From Malacoraja senta (taxonomy: Eukaryota): 60,000 bases of DNA. Shown here one piece after another: positions 38,901 through 50,297 of the stretch. The DNA is taken from positions 14,882,001 to 14,942,000 of the forward strand of contig CM075990.1 in assembly GCA_038087875.1 (NCBI GenBank), given 5' to 3'. The notes below the pieces were generated by a model that worked only from the letters and a program-made list of their open reading frames with translations, did not search any database and was not told the origin of the DNA. How positions within the stretch are numbered: position 1 is the first letter of the stretch; every line of letters starts with the position of its first letter. Both the position numbers and the translations under genes were made by a program.

Positions 38901-40648
38901 GAATCACGTTGCTATCAGCACTTCTGCGCACACGAGCGCAGAATTCCGGATGGCAGCTGGGATAAGCACAGCTCACGTTTTGGAAAGATTTGTTCTGGCT
39001 GGACTGTGGATCTGTGACATGCATTAATTAATACGAGAAATTTGTTTTGCGTCCTGTTAAAAAAACAGACAGGTTCAAGTTGTTGTCAAGACTGTTTGTT
39101 GCTTTGGACTGCTAAGACGCAGTTTGAAGCATTTATTCTGTAATCAATAAGTAACACATGAATAGAAATTTCACAGACTGCAAAGCAATAAACTTATTAA
39201 CTAAGGGTGTTGCTAATTACATATCAGAATGTAATTCTTAGTTTGAAAATGTATTAATGACAGAGAAGCAAATAGCAGTCTCTTACTTGTTCCTGCAGGA
39301 TAAAAACTGCCATTTATTATTTCTCAGCTGGGTATCTATCAAGTTTATGGGTTAATTTTTTTCCCGGAGATTGTTATTTATGGGTTTTTGTTTGTTTTTA
39401 GCCATCATTACTAACAATACGGTTAATAGCAATCATTTGTTATCTGGCACCAGTGGCGATACTTCAGATGTGGTCAGTGAACTGAGAATACTCATTTGGT
39501 AGCTGAATAAGGCTTTGACAGGGCCCATTTATAACAAGCTCATTCCATAATGTCCATCCTATTAATAAAATTTTGTTGCTATCTAATTAGACTTGTCTAA
39601 TGTAAATGGCCTCACAGTGGAGAACATTCTTTTTTTTCGCTGTGCTTTTATCATTCTGTAAGTGCTGCCTCCATTTAAAAAAAAAAAGTCCATGCAGGTT
39701 TTAATACTCACCATCCAAACTGCACTTGACATAGAGCTTATCAACCCTTAATTAGTGATGCATTTTCTCCCTGTGATTTCTATTGATATATGGGAGAAGA
39801 GAAGACAAATTGAGTTGCAGCTTGACTCGTGTAAAAATTGTTTTCGAAATTCAGTGAGTGTACTTTGTGCAAGGTGAACTGTGGCATCGAGAAATCAGGT
39901 CCAGTATTAGTGTTTTTGCTGGTCTGTGCAATAGAAAACGACAAGCATCAAACCCTCAGTCAGCAGATTGGGGAGACACAGATGGGAGTAGAAAAGCTCC
40001 CAAGTGGCAGTAGGATAGCTTGGACGTGATTGCAAACGCCAGGATGAAGTCAACACTGACAAAGTGCTGGGATTGATGGATGGACAAAGCCAGGAACTGG
40101 ATGTGAGAATGGATGAGGGCAGAGGGGAATTTAACACAGACAAACAGAATGAAAGACAGAGAGGAATTGCCTGCTAAAGTATTCAAGTACTCTGATCCCA
40201 CAGCAATTTAGTTAGTGCTAACAGAACATGCATCCGTGCAAAAAATGAATAGATTTCAGTTTAGTCACTAATGATGGTATGTACTATTTCTATAATTTTT
40301 GTTCAATGTTTTGTTATTACAAATGTTGGAAAAAAAATTGTTTGTGTGAAGAACCTGCTATCATTTCCTTCATTTGACCTTCGAGAAGACTGCTGACAGG
40401 GGCATTGAAAAGTATGATATGAAAAATGGGTGAACAGAGAGGTGAGCAGTGAATCAGTCTTGTGTGTGATTAGCTGTGAAATTCTCACAAACAGGTCTCA
40501 GAATCGCTTTTTTGCCATGTTTCATTTGCAGTTGGTTCTGCTGTGGTCAAAATAACCATGGTCGACATGGTAAAGAGCAGGCATGAGGTGCAGAAAGAGC
40601 CAATTGAGCCATTTTAATTATCAATTGCAAAAGAAATATTGATTGTCT

Positions 40649-40950
40649 AGAGTTTATGGAAACAGGCTCTTTGGCCCACTGGCCCCACGGCAACCATCCA
40701 TCACACATTCACACTAGTTCTATGCTATCCCACTTTCGTATCCACTCCCCACGCCTGTTTTTTGCAATTTTGAAGAGGCCAATTAACTTTCAAACCCACA
40801 AGACTTTGGAATGTGGGAGGAAACCAGAGGACTCGGAGCAAGCCCGTGCAGTCACAGGGAGAACGTGCAAACTCCACACAGACAGCAGCCGAGGTCAGGA
40901 TAGAACCAGGGTCTCTGGCGCTGAAAGGCAGCACCACGACCACTGTGCTG
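40649..40950 (-). mobile_element. HE1-type V-SINE
   Basis: TGTGGGAGGAAACC...GTCACAGGGAGAACGTGCAAACTCCACACAGACAGC. Confidence 0.8.
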
Positions 40951-41059
40951 TACATTGATCATTAGGAAATATCCAAACTTTCTCAAGTCACCATGATAAG
41001 CTGGGTGAAATTCAGACCTGTTCCTTGAATATGTAAATCATTGTGTGTTGTTGATTGAC

Positions 41060-41545
41060 TGTCAGCTTTGACTCTAAAGGAGCACACTTCCCTGACTCAG
41101 AAGGTTGTGGGTTAAGCTCCATTCACTTGTACACCATCTGGACTGACATTCCACTCGAGTATAGAGACAAGGAACCACAGATGCTGGTTTACCAAGGAAA
41201 GGCACAAAATGCTGGAGTAACTCAGCGGTGATACATCATCCCTGAAGAACGTGGGTAGGTGATGTTTTGGGTCTGAGGAAGGGTCCTGACCTGATGCGTC
41301 ACCTATCCATGTTCTCCAGGGATGCTGCCTGACCCGCTGAGTTACTCCAGGCACTTGGTGTCATTTCACTGTAGTACTGAGAGAAAGCTCCACTGTTAAA
41401 GGTACCACATTTTGAGTGGAATGTTAAATTCAGATTCCACCAACAATCTTGTGTCTACGGAAGGCATTTCTGGCATTATGTAAAGATAGATAAATTCTCC
41501 TGGTGTCATGGCCGACATTTATACCTCAAGTGACTTCTTTAAAAT
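41060..41545 (+). mobile_element. Ancient Deu-domain SINE (SacSINE1/AmnSINE1-like), interrupted
   Basis: CAGAAGGTTGTGGGTT head and TTCTCCTGGTGTCATGGCCGACATTTATACCTCAA, which resembles the Deu domain (recall). Confidence 0.65.
41162..41361. mobile_element. Palindromic Penelope mini-element inserted in the Deu-SINE
   Basis: Inverted arms. Degenerate TSD CATTCCACTCGAGTA / CATTTCACTGTAGTA. Confidence 0.8.
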
Positions 41546-41562
41546 CATGCACTTAATGGTTT

Positions 41563-41655
41563 GTACACAAAAATGCTGGAGAAACTCAGCGGGTGCAGCA
41601 GCATCTATGGAGCGAAGGAAATAGGCATCGTTTCGGGCCGAAACCCTTCTTCAAA
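41563..41655 (-). mobile_element. Solo Penelope terminal repeat, young
   Basis: Nearly identical to 45135-45225. TSD CACTTAAT(G/T)GTTT (41550-41562, 41656-41668). Confidence 0.85.
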
Positions 41656-41897
41656 CACTTAATTGTTTTGTGTACTCCTGCAGTGAATAAAATGGGTACT
41701 GTGTTTACCCTCACTATAATTATTTTCTCCCGAGAACAGGAAAATAATTGTTAGAAACCTATTTTCCTTTTTGCTTTGCAAGGCAAAAACTACAAACGGT
41801 ACAGGAAAATGAAGCATATTGGCCTTATATTCCAATGTACATTCATTAAGGTTGTGCATCTGCAAGTTGGCCAAAGAGTGTACCATAAAGCAAAATA

Positions 41898-42468
41898 CAG
41901 TACACCCTCGTTATAATGGACCATGGGAAAGGGGAAATGGTGTCCATTATTGCCGATTGCCTACTCTAATCGAGTTAGGGATTCTCATTGTATAAGTAGT
42001 AGAAGCAAACAGCTGCAGACGCTGGTTAATTCACAGAAGGACACAAAGTGCTGGAGTAACTCGGCCGGCCAGACAACATCTCTGGAAACCATGGATAGGT
42101 GATGTTTCGGATCGGGACCCTTCTTCAGAATCCCAGTCTGGAACTGGGCCTGAAATATAGGTGAGTTGATGGCCCTGGCCTGCTGCCGGCAAGAGAGGAG
42201 GCGAGGATTGGCAGAGTCGACGGTCACGGCCCGTGAGCAGCCAGAGTGCGGGTTATGGTCGGCGGTTGCAGCAGGCATGGTTTGGAAGTGACTGAGGAAG
42301 GTGTGTGGGACTGGTGGCGGCAGTCGGCCCGGCATGGAAGCGGCTGAGAGATGGTGTGGGAAGGGGTGGGGAACACAAGCCCAGTCTGGCGGTGAAGGTC
42401 AGTCTCTCCATCCATCCGCTACAACAGAAATCTGTTAGAAAGAGGTCCGTAAAAACGAGGGTTCACCG
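41898..42468. mobile_element. Tigger/pogo-like non-autonomous DNA transposon containing a Penelope terminal repeat
   Basis: TA|CAGTACACCCTCGTTATAATGGACC ... GGTCCGTAAAAACGAGGGTTCACCG|TA: imperfect 25-bp inverted repeats with TA TSD. Penelope piece at about 42005-42128. Confidence 0.8.
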
Positions 42469-45194
42469 TATTAATTTGTATTAAAATTATATTTTCATTT
42501 AGTCCCATGGGCAGTCTCAATCTCTGCTATGATTAAGCATATTGTTGCAATGATTCTGAATGCAAATTTCCTTTTTACTTGTTATTCCGCAAGTATGTTT
42601 TATTTCAGAAAGGTGACATCGGAATGAGCATGAAAATCTGTCGAGTTGCATTACACTGTTGAAATAAATAGAGGAAGACGCTGTAGGCTTTGAAAGCGAG
42701 TGCTATATTTTTCACGTTGTAAGATGGATGTACAGAAGCAAAGTCATTAACCAAATCTCTACTCAGTGGGTAATAGTCTTTCACTTGTTAGTTTTCAATG
42801 GTTATCGGATGTAAATTTGCTGAATCTGACATCAACTTGACCTTGTCGGTAACCTAGCTGTTAGTGGGCGAGGCAGCCTGGGTTCAGCATTTTAGAGTGA
42901 TTCTGTCTAATACAAAGACCTTTCTTCTTGGCCAATAAATCACATTATATTCAAAAGTACACTTTCAAATAATTTACAACTTAATTTCCAACCCCAATCT
43001 GAAAACTGGTACTATAATGCTATTTGCAGAAGTATTGAAATGTCAGTAAGTTTTATTGTGGTAATAAAGAGAATTCTATATATCATTCACTCGATAGAAA
43101 TCCTTGCTTTTTGCATAGCACCAATCCCTGCTAAATGCTGGCAATCATCAATTTTTTTTTTTAGAAGACACAGCCATGATGGGCTTGAGAAATTGGAGCA
43201 TTGATAAAGAATGGACTGAAATACTGACATCCCTAGTTTGCTGCTGCAGGATGCTGTTACAGGCAATGAATAATGAGTGCAACTCCCAAGTTACTAATAC
43301 TTAAAATACTGTCTGCTCGTAAAAGATTTCGGGTAAAGTGAGACCATCTTCTTGGTTCTTTTTACAAATGGGTATCAGTGGGCCATGAAATAATCAATGT
43401 CGATAATCCATCCTCAGACCTGTCAATATGTTAATGAGTCTTCCCCATCGTTATTACAACAAGCCCATAAATCATTCACTGCACCAGACTGTTTAGTTGT
43501 GAAAGACACAAACCCTGGCCTGGAATAAAATACTGACTCTTAATGAATAATGTCTGAACATTTTATTGTAACGTGTCTCGATTGGCTTAAAATGTCAAAA
43601 CGTGGAAAAGACTGTTAATCATTAAAACAATAAGATGAATTGTTTTAATAATAGGAAATAGGAGAGTAAATCAGGCTGGTGTTCTTTGTTACACAGTAAA
43701 TAATTGCGTACCTAGTGCTGAACTGTGTTTTATTTGGATGTACCTTTCCCTTATATATACAGGATGCTAAAGCAGGAAAGAGACAAAGAAACTCATGCTC
43801 AGTATAGACATCAAGACAATTAAAACAGATATGACTCTTAACAGAAGTGCCAGCAGCAGCCAGGATGGAAGTAATTTATTTAACCAATTGTCTAAATACA
43901 CAAGCTGCACAAATGCGGTTTACATCAATGGTAGACTGGAAAAATTGAGAGCAGTTTCCTCTCTCTGAATTATTTGGGCAGGGTGCCTGTGTGAACTACT
44001 GTGGATGTTTAATGTCCCGATAACAATTTAGATCCTGTTATGGTTATTGCAGTGTAACATGTTGTAAAAAAATTGAACATGACAAACAAGCAGTTTATAA
44101 TTGTGCATTTTTAACCTTGAGTAGCAGATTGCTTAACCGTATCTTAATTCAATGCAAAATTATTTTTGATAAACCGATACACATTTCCTTGCAAACAAAT
44201 GAATTTACGTGCAAACCACATACTTAAAACATAATGAAGGGAAGTTGGAGCGCAGAGCGTGACAGGTAAACTCATGACATTATTTGGTAGTTTACCAGGA
44301 TAGAATAATTATGGCACTCTGTTTTGTGCTGTCACGCAACTGTGTGAGGTTTAAATCACTGCGGGGCCAAGTTATCTTCAACAAGGTTGTCAGCCCACTG
44401 TAACTCGAAGGAGCAATTTGTGGATGTTGCACAGAATATTAAAAGAGATTTTAAATTTGGATATTAGTTGTCCAGAAGGGAAAGTAGCTAATGGTAAGTA
44501 ACTCAGTGGGTCAGGCAGCATCTTTGGATAGGTGACATTTTGGGTTGGGACACTTTTTCAGACCCTAATGATAAAATAGTTTAAGAGCATTAAATGTAGA
44601 CCCTTTTCGGGCAGTCTTGAATTCTCCTTGCTGTTTATGAAACTGAACAATGGTGAAAAGAATGAGGGGTGATTAGAAATGAGAGGTTGTTGAGCAAACT
44701 TCAAATCTATTTTTCTCTCAAATTTGGTGACTTTGCATCAAACGGGCTGACTTTAATCGTAGTTCTGCTCATTTCTTCATCTGACGTGAAAATCTAGTAA
44801 CACAGCAAGGCTTGCCCCATTGTGGTATGATACTCAATTGTGCTTGATCCCCACGCTGAGCATGTTTTGTTTTTGACAGTGCAGTGTAGAGAGGCATTCA
44901 GGTGATCTCGAGTATTGCAACACGAAAGAAGAGGAAATTTAAGATTCAAGATTCAAGACTCAATTTAATTGTCACATGTACCAATTAAGGTACAGTGAAA
45001 TTTGAGTTGCCATACAGCCATACCAAGTAAAAAGCAAAATTACACACAGCACATAAAATAAAGTTCAACATAAACATCCATCACAGTGGATTTAACGTTT
45101 TAAAGAAGGAACTGCAGATGCTGGAAAATCGAAGGTACACAAAAATGTTGGAGAAACTCAGCGGGTGCAGCAGCATCTATGGAGCGAAGGAAAT

Positions 45195-45229
45195 AGGCAA
45201 CGTTTCGGGCCGAAACCCTTCTTCAGACT
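45195..45229 (-). ncRNA. Minimal hammerhead ribozyme motif (inverted arm)
   Basis: Reverse complement of 46541-46575. Confidence 0.65.
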
Positions 45230-45588
45230 GATTGGGGGTGGGGAGAAGAAAGGAAAAAAGGAAAAAAGGCGGAGGAGGAGCCCGAGGGCTGGGGGATGGG
45301 AGGAGACAACCAGAGGGCTGATGAAGGGGAGGGGACAGCAAGGGCTAGCAGAGTTGGGAGAATTCAATGTTCATGCCCCCAGGATGTAGACTGCCCAAGC
45401 GGAATATGAGGTGCATTTCCTCTAATTTCCGGTTTTGCTCGCTGTGGCCATGGAGGAGACCCAGGACAGAGAGGTCAGATACGGAATGGGAGGGGGAGTT
45501 GAAGTGCTGAGCCACCGGGAGGTCAGGTAGGTTATTGCGGACTGACCGGAGGTGTTCGGCGAAACGATTGCCAAGCCTCCGCTTGGTT

Positions 45589-46425
45589 CCTGCTTCCTGT
45601 AAGGACTCTATCCCCCACTCCCAATTCCTCCGTCTATGCCGCCTGCTCCCAGGATGAGGCATTCCACACCGGGGCATCCGAAATGTCCTCATTCTTCAGG
45701 GAACGGGGGTTCCCCTCCTCCACCATAGATGAAGCTCGCACCAGGGTCTCTGCCATACCCCGCAACACTGCTCTCTCTCCCCATCCCCCCACTCGCAACA
45801 AGGGCAGAGTCCCCCTAGTCCTCACCTTTCACCCCACCAGCCGTCACATACAACAAGTGATCCTCCGTCAGTTTCGCCACCTCCAACGTGACCCCACCAC
45901 TCGCCACATCTTCCCATCTCCCCCCATGTCTGCCTTCCGCAAAGACCGCTCCCTCCGTAACTCCCTTGTCAATTCTTCCCTTCCCTCCCGTACCACCTCC
46001 TCCCCGGGTACTTTCCCTTGCAACCGCAAGAGATGCAACACTTGTCCCTTCACCTCCCCCCTCGATTCCATTCAAGGACTCAAGCAGTCGTTCCAGGTGC
46101 GACCCAGAGGTTCACCTGCATCTCCTCCAACCTCATCTATTGCATCCGCTGCCCTAGATGTCAGCTGATCTACATCGGTGAGACGAAGCGGAGGCTTGGC
46201 GATCGTTTCGCCGAACACCTCCGGTCGGTCCGCAATAACCTACCTGACCTCCCGGTGGCTCAGCACTTCAACTCCCCCTCCCATTCCGTATCTGACCTCT
46301 CTGTCCTGGGTCTCCTCCATGGCCACAACGAGCAACACCGGAAATTGGAGGAAATGCACCTCATATTCCGCTTGGGCAGTCTACATCCTGGGGGCATGAA
46401 CATTGAATTCTCCCAACTCTGCTAG
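45589..46425 (+). pseudogene. Penelope polyprotein C-terminus: RT thumb, Cys linker, GIY-YIG endonuclease (frameshifted)
   Basis: PASCKDSIPHSQFLRL, FPCNRKRCNTCPF and NLIYCIRCPRCQLIYIGETKRRLGDRFAEH...GMNIEF. Frameshifts near 45642 and 46103. Confidence 0.92.
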
Positions 46426-46540
46426 CCCTTGCTGTCCACTCCCCTTCATCAGCCCTCTGGTTGTCTCCTCCCATCCCCCAGCCCTCGGGCTCCTCCTCCG
46501 CCTTTTTTCCTTTTTTCCTTTCTTCTCCCCACCCCCTATC

Positions 46541-46575
46541 AGTCTGAAGAAGGGTTTCGGCCCGAAACGTTGCCT
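46541..46575 (+). ncRNA. Minimal hammerhead ribozyme motif in Penelope terminal repeat
   Basis: AGT-CTGAAGA-A-GGGT(TTCG)GCCC-GAAA-CGTT-GCCT: CUGANGA and GAAA core, UUCG-capped stem II, self-complementary AACGTT. Confidence 0.7.
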
Positions 46576-46923
46576 ATTTCCTTCGCTCCATAGATGCTGC
46601 TGCACCCGCTGAGTTTCTCCAGCATTTTTGTGTACAGTGGATTTAACATTCCTCACTGTGATGGAAGGCAATAAAGTTCAGTCTTCCTTCCTCCTTTGTT
46701 TGGTCATCTTCCTCCTTAGATTGCAAGCTACAGAAGGTACCCCTGTGTAAAGACAAACAACTCAAACACTGATGACTTTTGAGGGAGAAATAGATTCCCC
46801 CCTGCAAAAAAGCAGGTGCCTGAACTCACAAACTCTAGTTCAGGATCAGTTGATTCCTCGTCTTTTATATGAGTCTCCTTTGTGTGGCTGAATCACAAGC
46901 AACATGAATACTTGAACATCAGT

Positions 46924-48296
46924 AGTGGGGAAACTGCTAGAGTCAGTTATTAAAGATGAGATAGCAGCACATTTGGAAAGTGGTGAAATCATTGGACAAA
47001 GTCAGCATGGATTCACGAAAGGTAAATCATGTCTGACGAATCTTATAGAATTTTTCGAGGATGTAACTAGTAGCGTGGATAGGGGAGAACCAGTGGATGT
47101 GTTGTATCTGGACTTTCAGAAGGCTTTCGACAAGGTACCACATAAGAGATTAGGATACAAACTTAAATCACACGGTATTGGGGGTTCAGTATTGATGTGG
47201 ATAGAGAACTGGCTGGCAGACAGGAAGCAAAGAGTAGGAGTAAACGGGTCCTTTTCACAATGGCAGGCAGTGACTAGTGGGGTACCGCAAGGTTCAGTGC
47301 TGGGACCCCAGCTATTTACAATTTATATTAATGATCTGGACGAGGGAATTGAAAGCAACATCTCCAAGTTTGCGGATGGGGGGCAGTGTTAGCTGTGAGG
47401 AGGATGCTAGGAGACTGCAAGGTGACTTGGATAGGCTGGGTGAGTGGGCAAATGTTTGGCAGATGCAGTATAATGTGGATAAATGTGAGGTTATCCACTT
47501 TGGTGGCAAAAACGGGAAGGCAGACTATTATCTAAATGGTGGCCGATTAGGAAATGGGGAGATGCAGCGAGACCTGGGTGTCATGGTACACCAGTCATTG
47601 AAAGTAGGCATGCAGGTGCAGCAGGCAGTGAAGAAAGCGAATGGTATGTTGGCCTTCATAGCAAGAGGATTTGAGTATAGGAGCAGGGAGGTTCTACTGC
47701 AGTTGTACAGGGTCTTGATGAGACCACACCTGGAGTATTGCGTACAGTTTTGGTCTCCAAATCTGAGGAAGGACATTATAGCCATAGAGGGAGTGCAGAG
47801 AAGGTTCACCAGACTGATTCCTGGGATGTCAGGACTTTCATATGAAGAAAAACTGGATAAACTTGGCTTATACTCGCTAGAATTTAGGAGATTGAGAGGG
47901 GATCTTATAGAAACATACAAAATTCTTATGGGGTTGGACAGGCTAGATGCAGGAAGATTGTTCCCGATGTTGGGGAAGTCCAGGACAAGGGGGTCACAGC
48001 TTAAGGATAAGGGGGAAATCCTTTAAGACCGAGATGAGGAAAAACTTTTTCACACAGAGAGTGGTGAATCTCTGGAACTCTCTGCCACAGAGGGTAGTTG
48101 AGGCCAGTTCATTGGCTATATTTAAGAGGGAGTTAGATGTGGCCCTTGTGGCTAAGGGGATCAGGGGGTATGGAGAGAAGGCAGGTACGGGATACTGAGT
48201 TGGATGATCAGCCATGATCATATTGAATGGCGGTGCAGGCTCGAAGGGCCGAATGGCCTACTCCTGCACCTATTTTCTATGTATCTATGTATCTAT
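46924..48296 (+). mobile_element. CR1/HER1 LINE, 5' truncated, reverse transcriptase pseudogene
   Basis: [38 protein letters not shown], and ISKFAD followed by a deletion/frameshift near 47378. Second frameshift near 47990. (TCTATGTA)n tail. Confidence 0.97.
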
Positions 48297-49417
48297 GGGA
48301 AAAGACACATCCTCTGGGATCAATTGTTTGGCAAATTTGGCAAACGTTTATTAATTATGAGAATGCAGTGAGGTCCTACAAACAGTAAACATTGATTAGA
48401 TAGTCTATATTGGTGTTCGTGGTTCGGATGCATATCTTATGACTTTGGAGACATATCTTGGATGTTGATGAGACTTCAGATTGCTGCTTAGAACCTCACT
48501 CCTTGGAACATCTCTTCTCTCAAGACTTTGGTATTTCAATGAATGGAACCCACACTCATTACTGCACAAATTATCACCATTGAAGTGTTGCTCATATATT
48601 GGCATAGAGTTTGAAACTACAAACCTCCAGTTTACAACTGAGCCAAGATCATGCAAAGATGATTGAAGACATCACCAATGATAAATTAATCCCAGGTGGC
48701 TCTTAAAAACTCTCTGCACTTAAATTTTAATTATTTTGATATGCAATGTGTATAACTGATTTAAGGTGCTGTTCTAATGAACAGCCTGAAACAAACAATG
48801 CTTCTCTTTCAATAATAGGTGATTAATACGCATTTTCTGCTTACAATTTCCGATTTCCAGCACCTGCAGTATTTTGTTTTTGTAAACCCCTATAATTTTC
48901 CTGTTTCATAGCTATATCTCAATCTTAGAAGAATAGATTTTATATTTTTACCATATTAAGTCATAATTACATTCAATTTCCCAATAACTTCATCCACTCT
49001 GCCAATACTTTATGCCATGGGGAATTAATCATCAGCCCCATACTGCAGACTTGTTTGTGGGCAAAACATTTAAAGATGGGTAAACTAATTTCACCTTGGG
49101 CCTACAATTGCATGAATTCATTTTTTTTAGGCAAAATAACTGATTTGATCTTCTGTGCGTATGTAAAATCATTATCTCTTTGATGCACTTGTTACTGCGT
49201 TTAAAATGAATTTTGACACTTCATTAGTTCAAGGTTTTTTTGGAGGGAATTGAGGGTGGTGTGGTGGAGACATGTTAGTTTTATTCTTCATTGTAAAGGA
49301 CACCCAACCGCTGAGATGAAAAGGCAAGTTTAATGCAAGCCAAGTGTGCAACTGAGTTCTCCACATACTACCCAAGCAATGTTTCTTGTGTAAAGCTCCA
49401 TCCAATTCACAATCTAA

Positions 49418-50036
49418 AGGGCCTGTGCCACTTGGCCGTCATTCGCGCGCCATTTACGCGACCTGCTAGCATGTGGGTAGCGTGTGGGTAGCGCGGGACG
49501 GGCGCATGGAGTGGCGTGGAGGAGTGTGGACTTCGTCCTGCACGAAATCTTCGCGCGCCACCGGCCTGTCGTGTAACTGACGGCCAAAGTGGGACAGGCC
49601 CAAGACCCTGGCGCAGCGCAATGTCTCACCTCCAACAGCAGCAGAAGCAGGAAAACGATCACCGAGCTCGGCCTGGGGCTCACGGCCGTTGTGGATCCGG
49701 ATCCGCCCCCACTCCTACTCCCAGAGCGGGACCAAGATGATTGGAGATAGACACAAAATGCAGGAGTAACTCAGCGGGACCGGCAGCATCTCTGGAGAGA
49801 AACAATAGGTGATGTTTTGGGTTGAGTCCCTTCTTCAGACTGAAGAAGAGTCTCGACCCGAAACATCATCCATTACTTCTCTCCAGAGATGCTGCCGGTC
49901 CCGCTGAGTTACTCCTGCATTTTGTGTCTATCTTCAAATGACGTCACGTGCTCCAGACGGGTGTGCGGACCCATGATGACGCGCGACAGTCACTACCGGC
50001 CTGTCGCGTAAATGACGGCCAAGTGGGACAGGCCCT
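49418..50036. mobile_element. Composite Harbinger-type MITE
   Basis: TAA|AGGGCCTGTGCCACTTGGCCGTCATT ... AATGACGGCCAAGTGGGACAGGCCCT|TAA. A third, internal terminus lies at about 49560-49601. Confidence 0.92.
49741..49937. mobile_element. Penelope terminal-repeat palindrome inside the MITE
   Basis: Arms of about 98 bp centred on 49839 (CTTCTTCAG-A-CTGAAGAAG). Confidence 0.9.
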
Positions 50037-50174
50037 TAAACCTATCCATTTGCAACATTGCTATCCATGTGGCCAATGTCAGTCTGGAAGATTAATGACA
50101 ATTGGTGTTGGATTGTGGGCAGATTTACACTGCAGACCTGACCTCCTCAGAAACTGCTTAAACAAATAACATTT

Positions 50175-50297
50175 GTCTGAAGAAGGGCCTCGACCCAAAA
50201 CGTCACCTATTCCTTCACTCCATAGATGCCGCCTCACCCGCTGAGTTTCTCCAGCATTTTTGTCTAATTTCAATTTTTCCAGCATCTGCAGTTCCTT
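50175..50297 (+). mobile_element. Solo Penelope terminal repeat starting at the hammerhead core
   Basis: Begins GTCTGAAGAAGGG. Flanking direct repeat CTTAAACAAATAA (50157-50169, 50298-50310). Confidence 0.85.

Larger units (their letters stand above)
45097..46633 (+). mobile_element. Penelope-like element (Neptune-type), 5' truncated, with inverted 3'-end copy
   Basis: 45097-45584 is an inverted copy of the element's 3' end, pairing with about 46186-46633. 14-bp TSD ACAGTGGATTTAAC (45083-45096, 46634-46647). Confidence 0.95.
44939..46690 (-). mobile_element. LINE 3' tail (Rex/Babar-like) split by the Penelope insertion
   Basis: (TTCAAGA)n tail and TTGTCACATGTACC...GGTACAGTGAAA. The sequence resumes at 46634. 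Confidence 0.6.

Noticed and set aside
43763..43870. Acceptor-like site followed by purine-rich sequence
   Set aside because: All three frames hit stops before the candidate donor.
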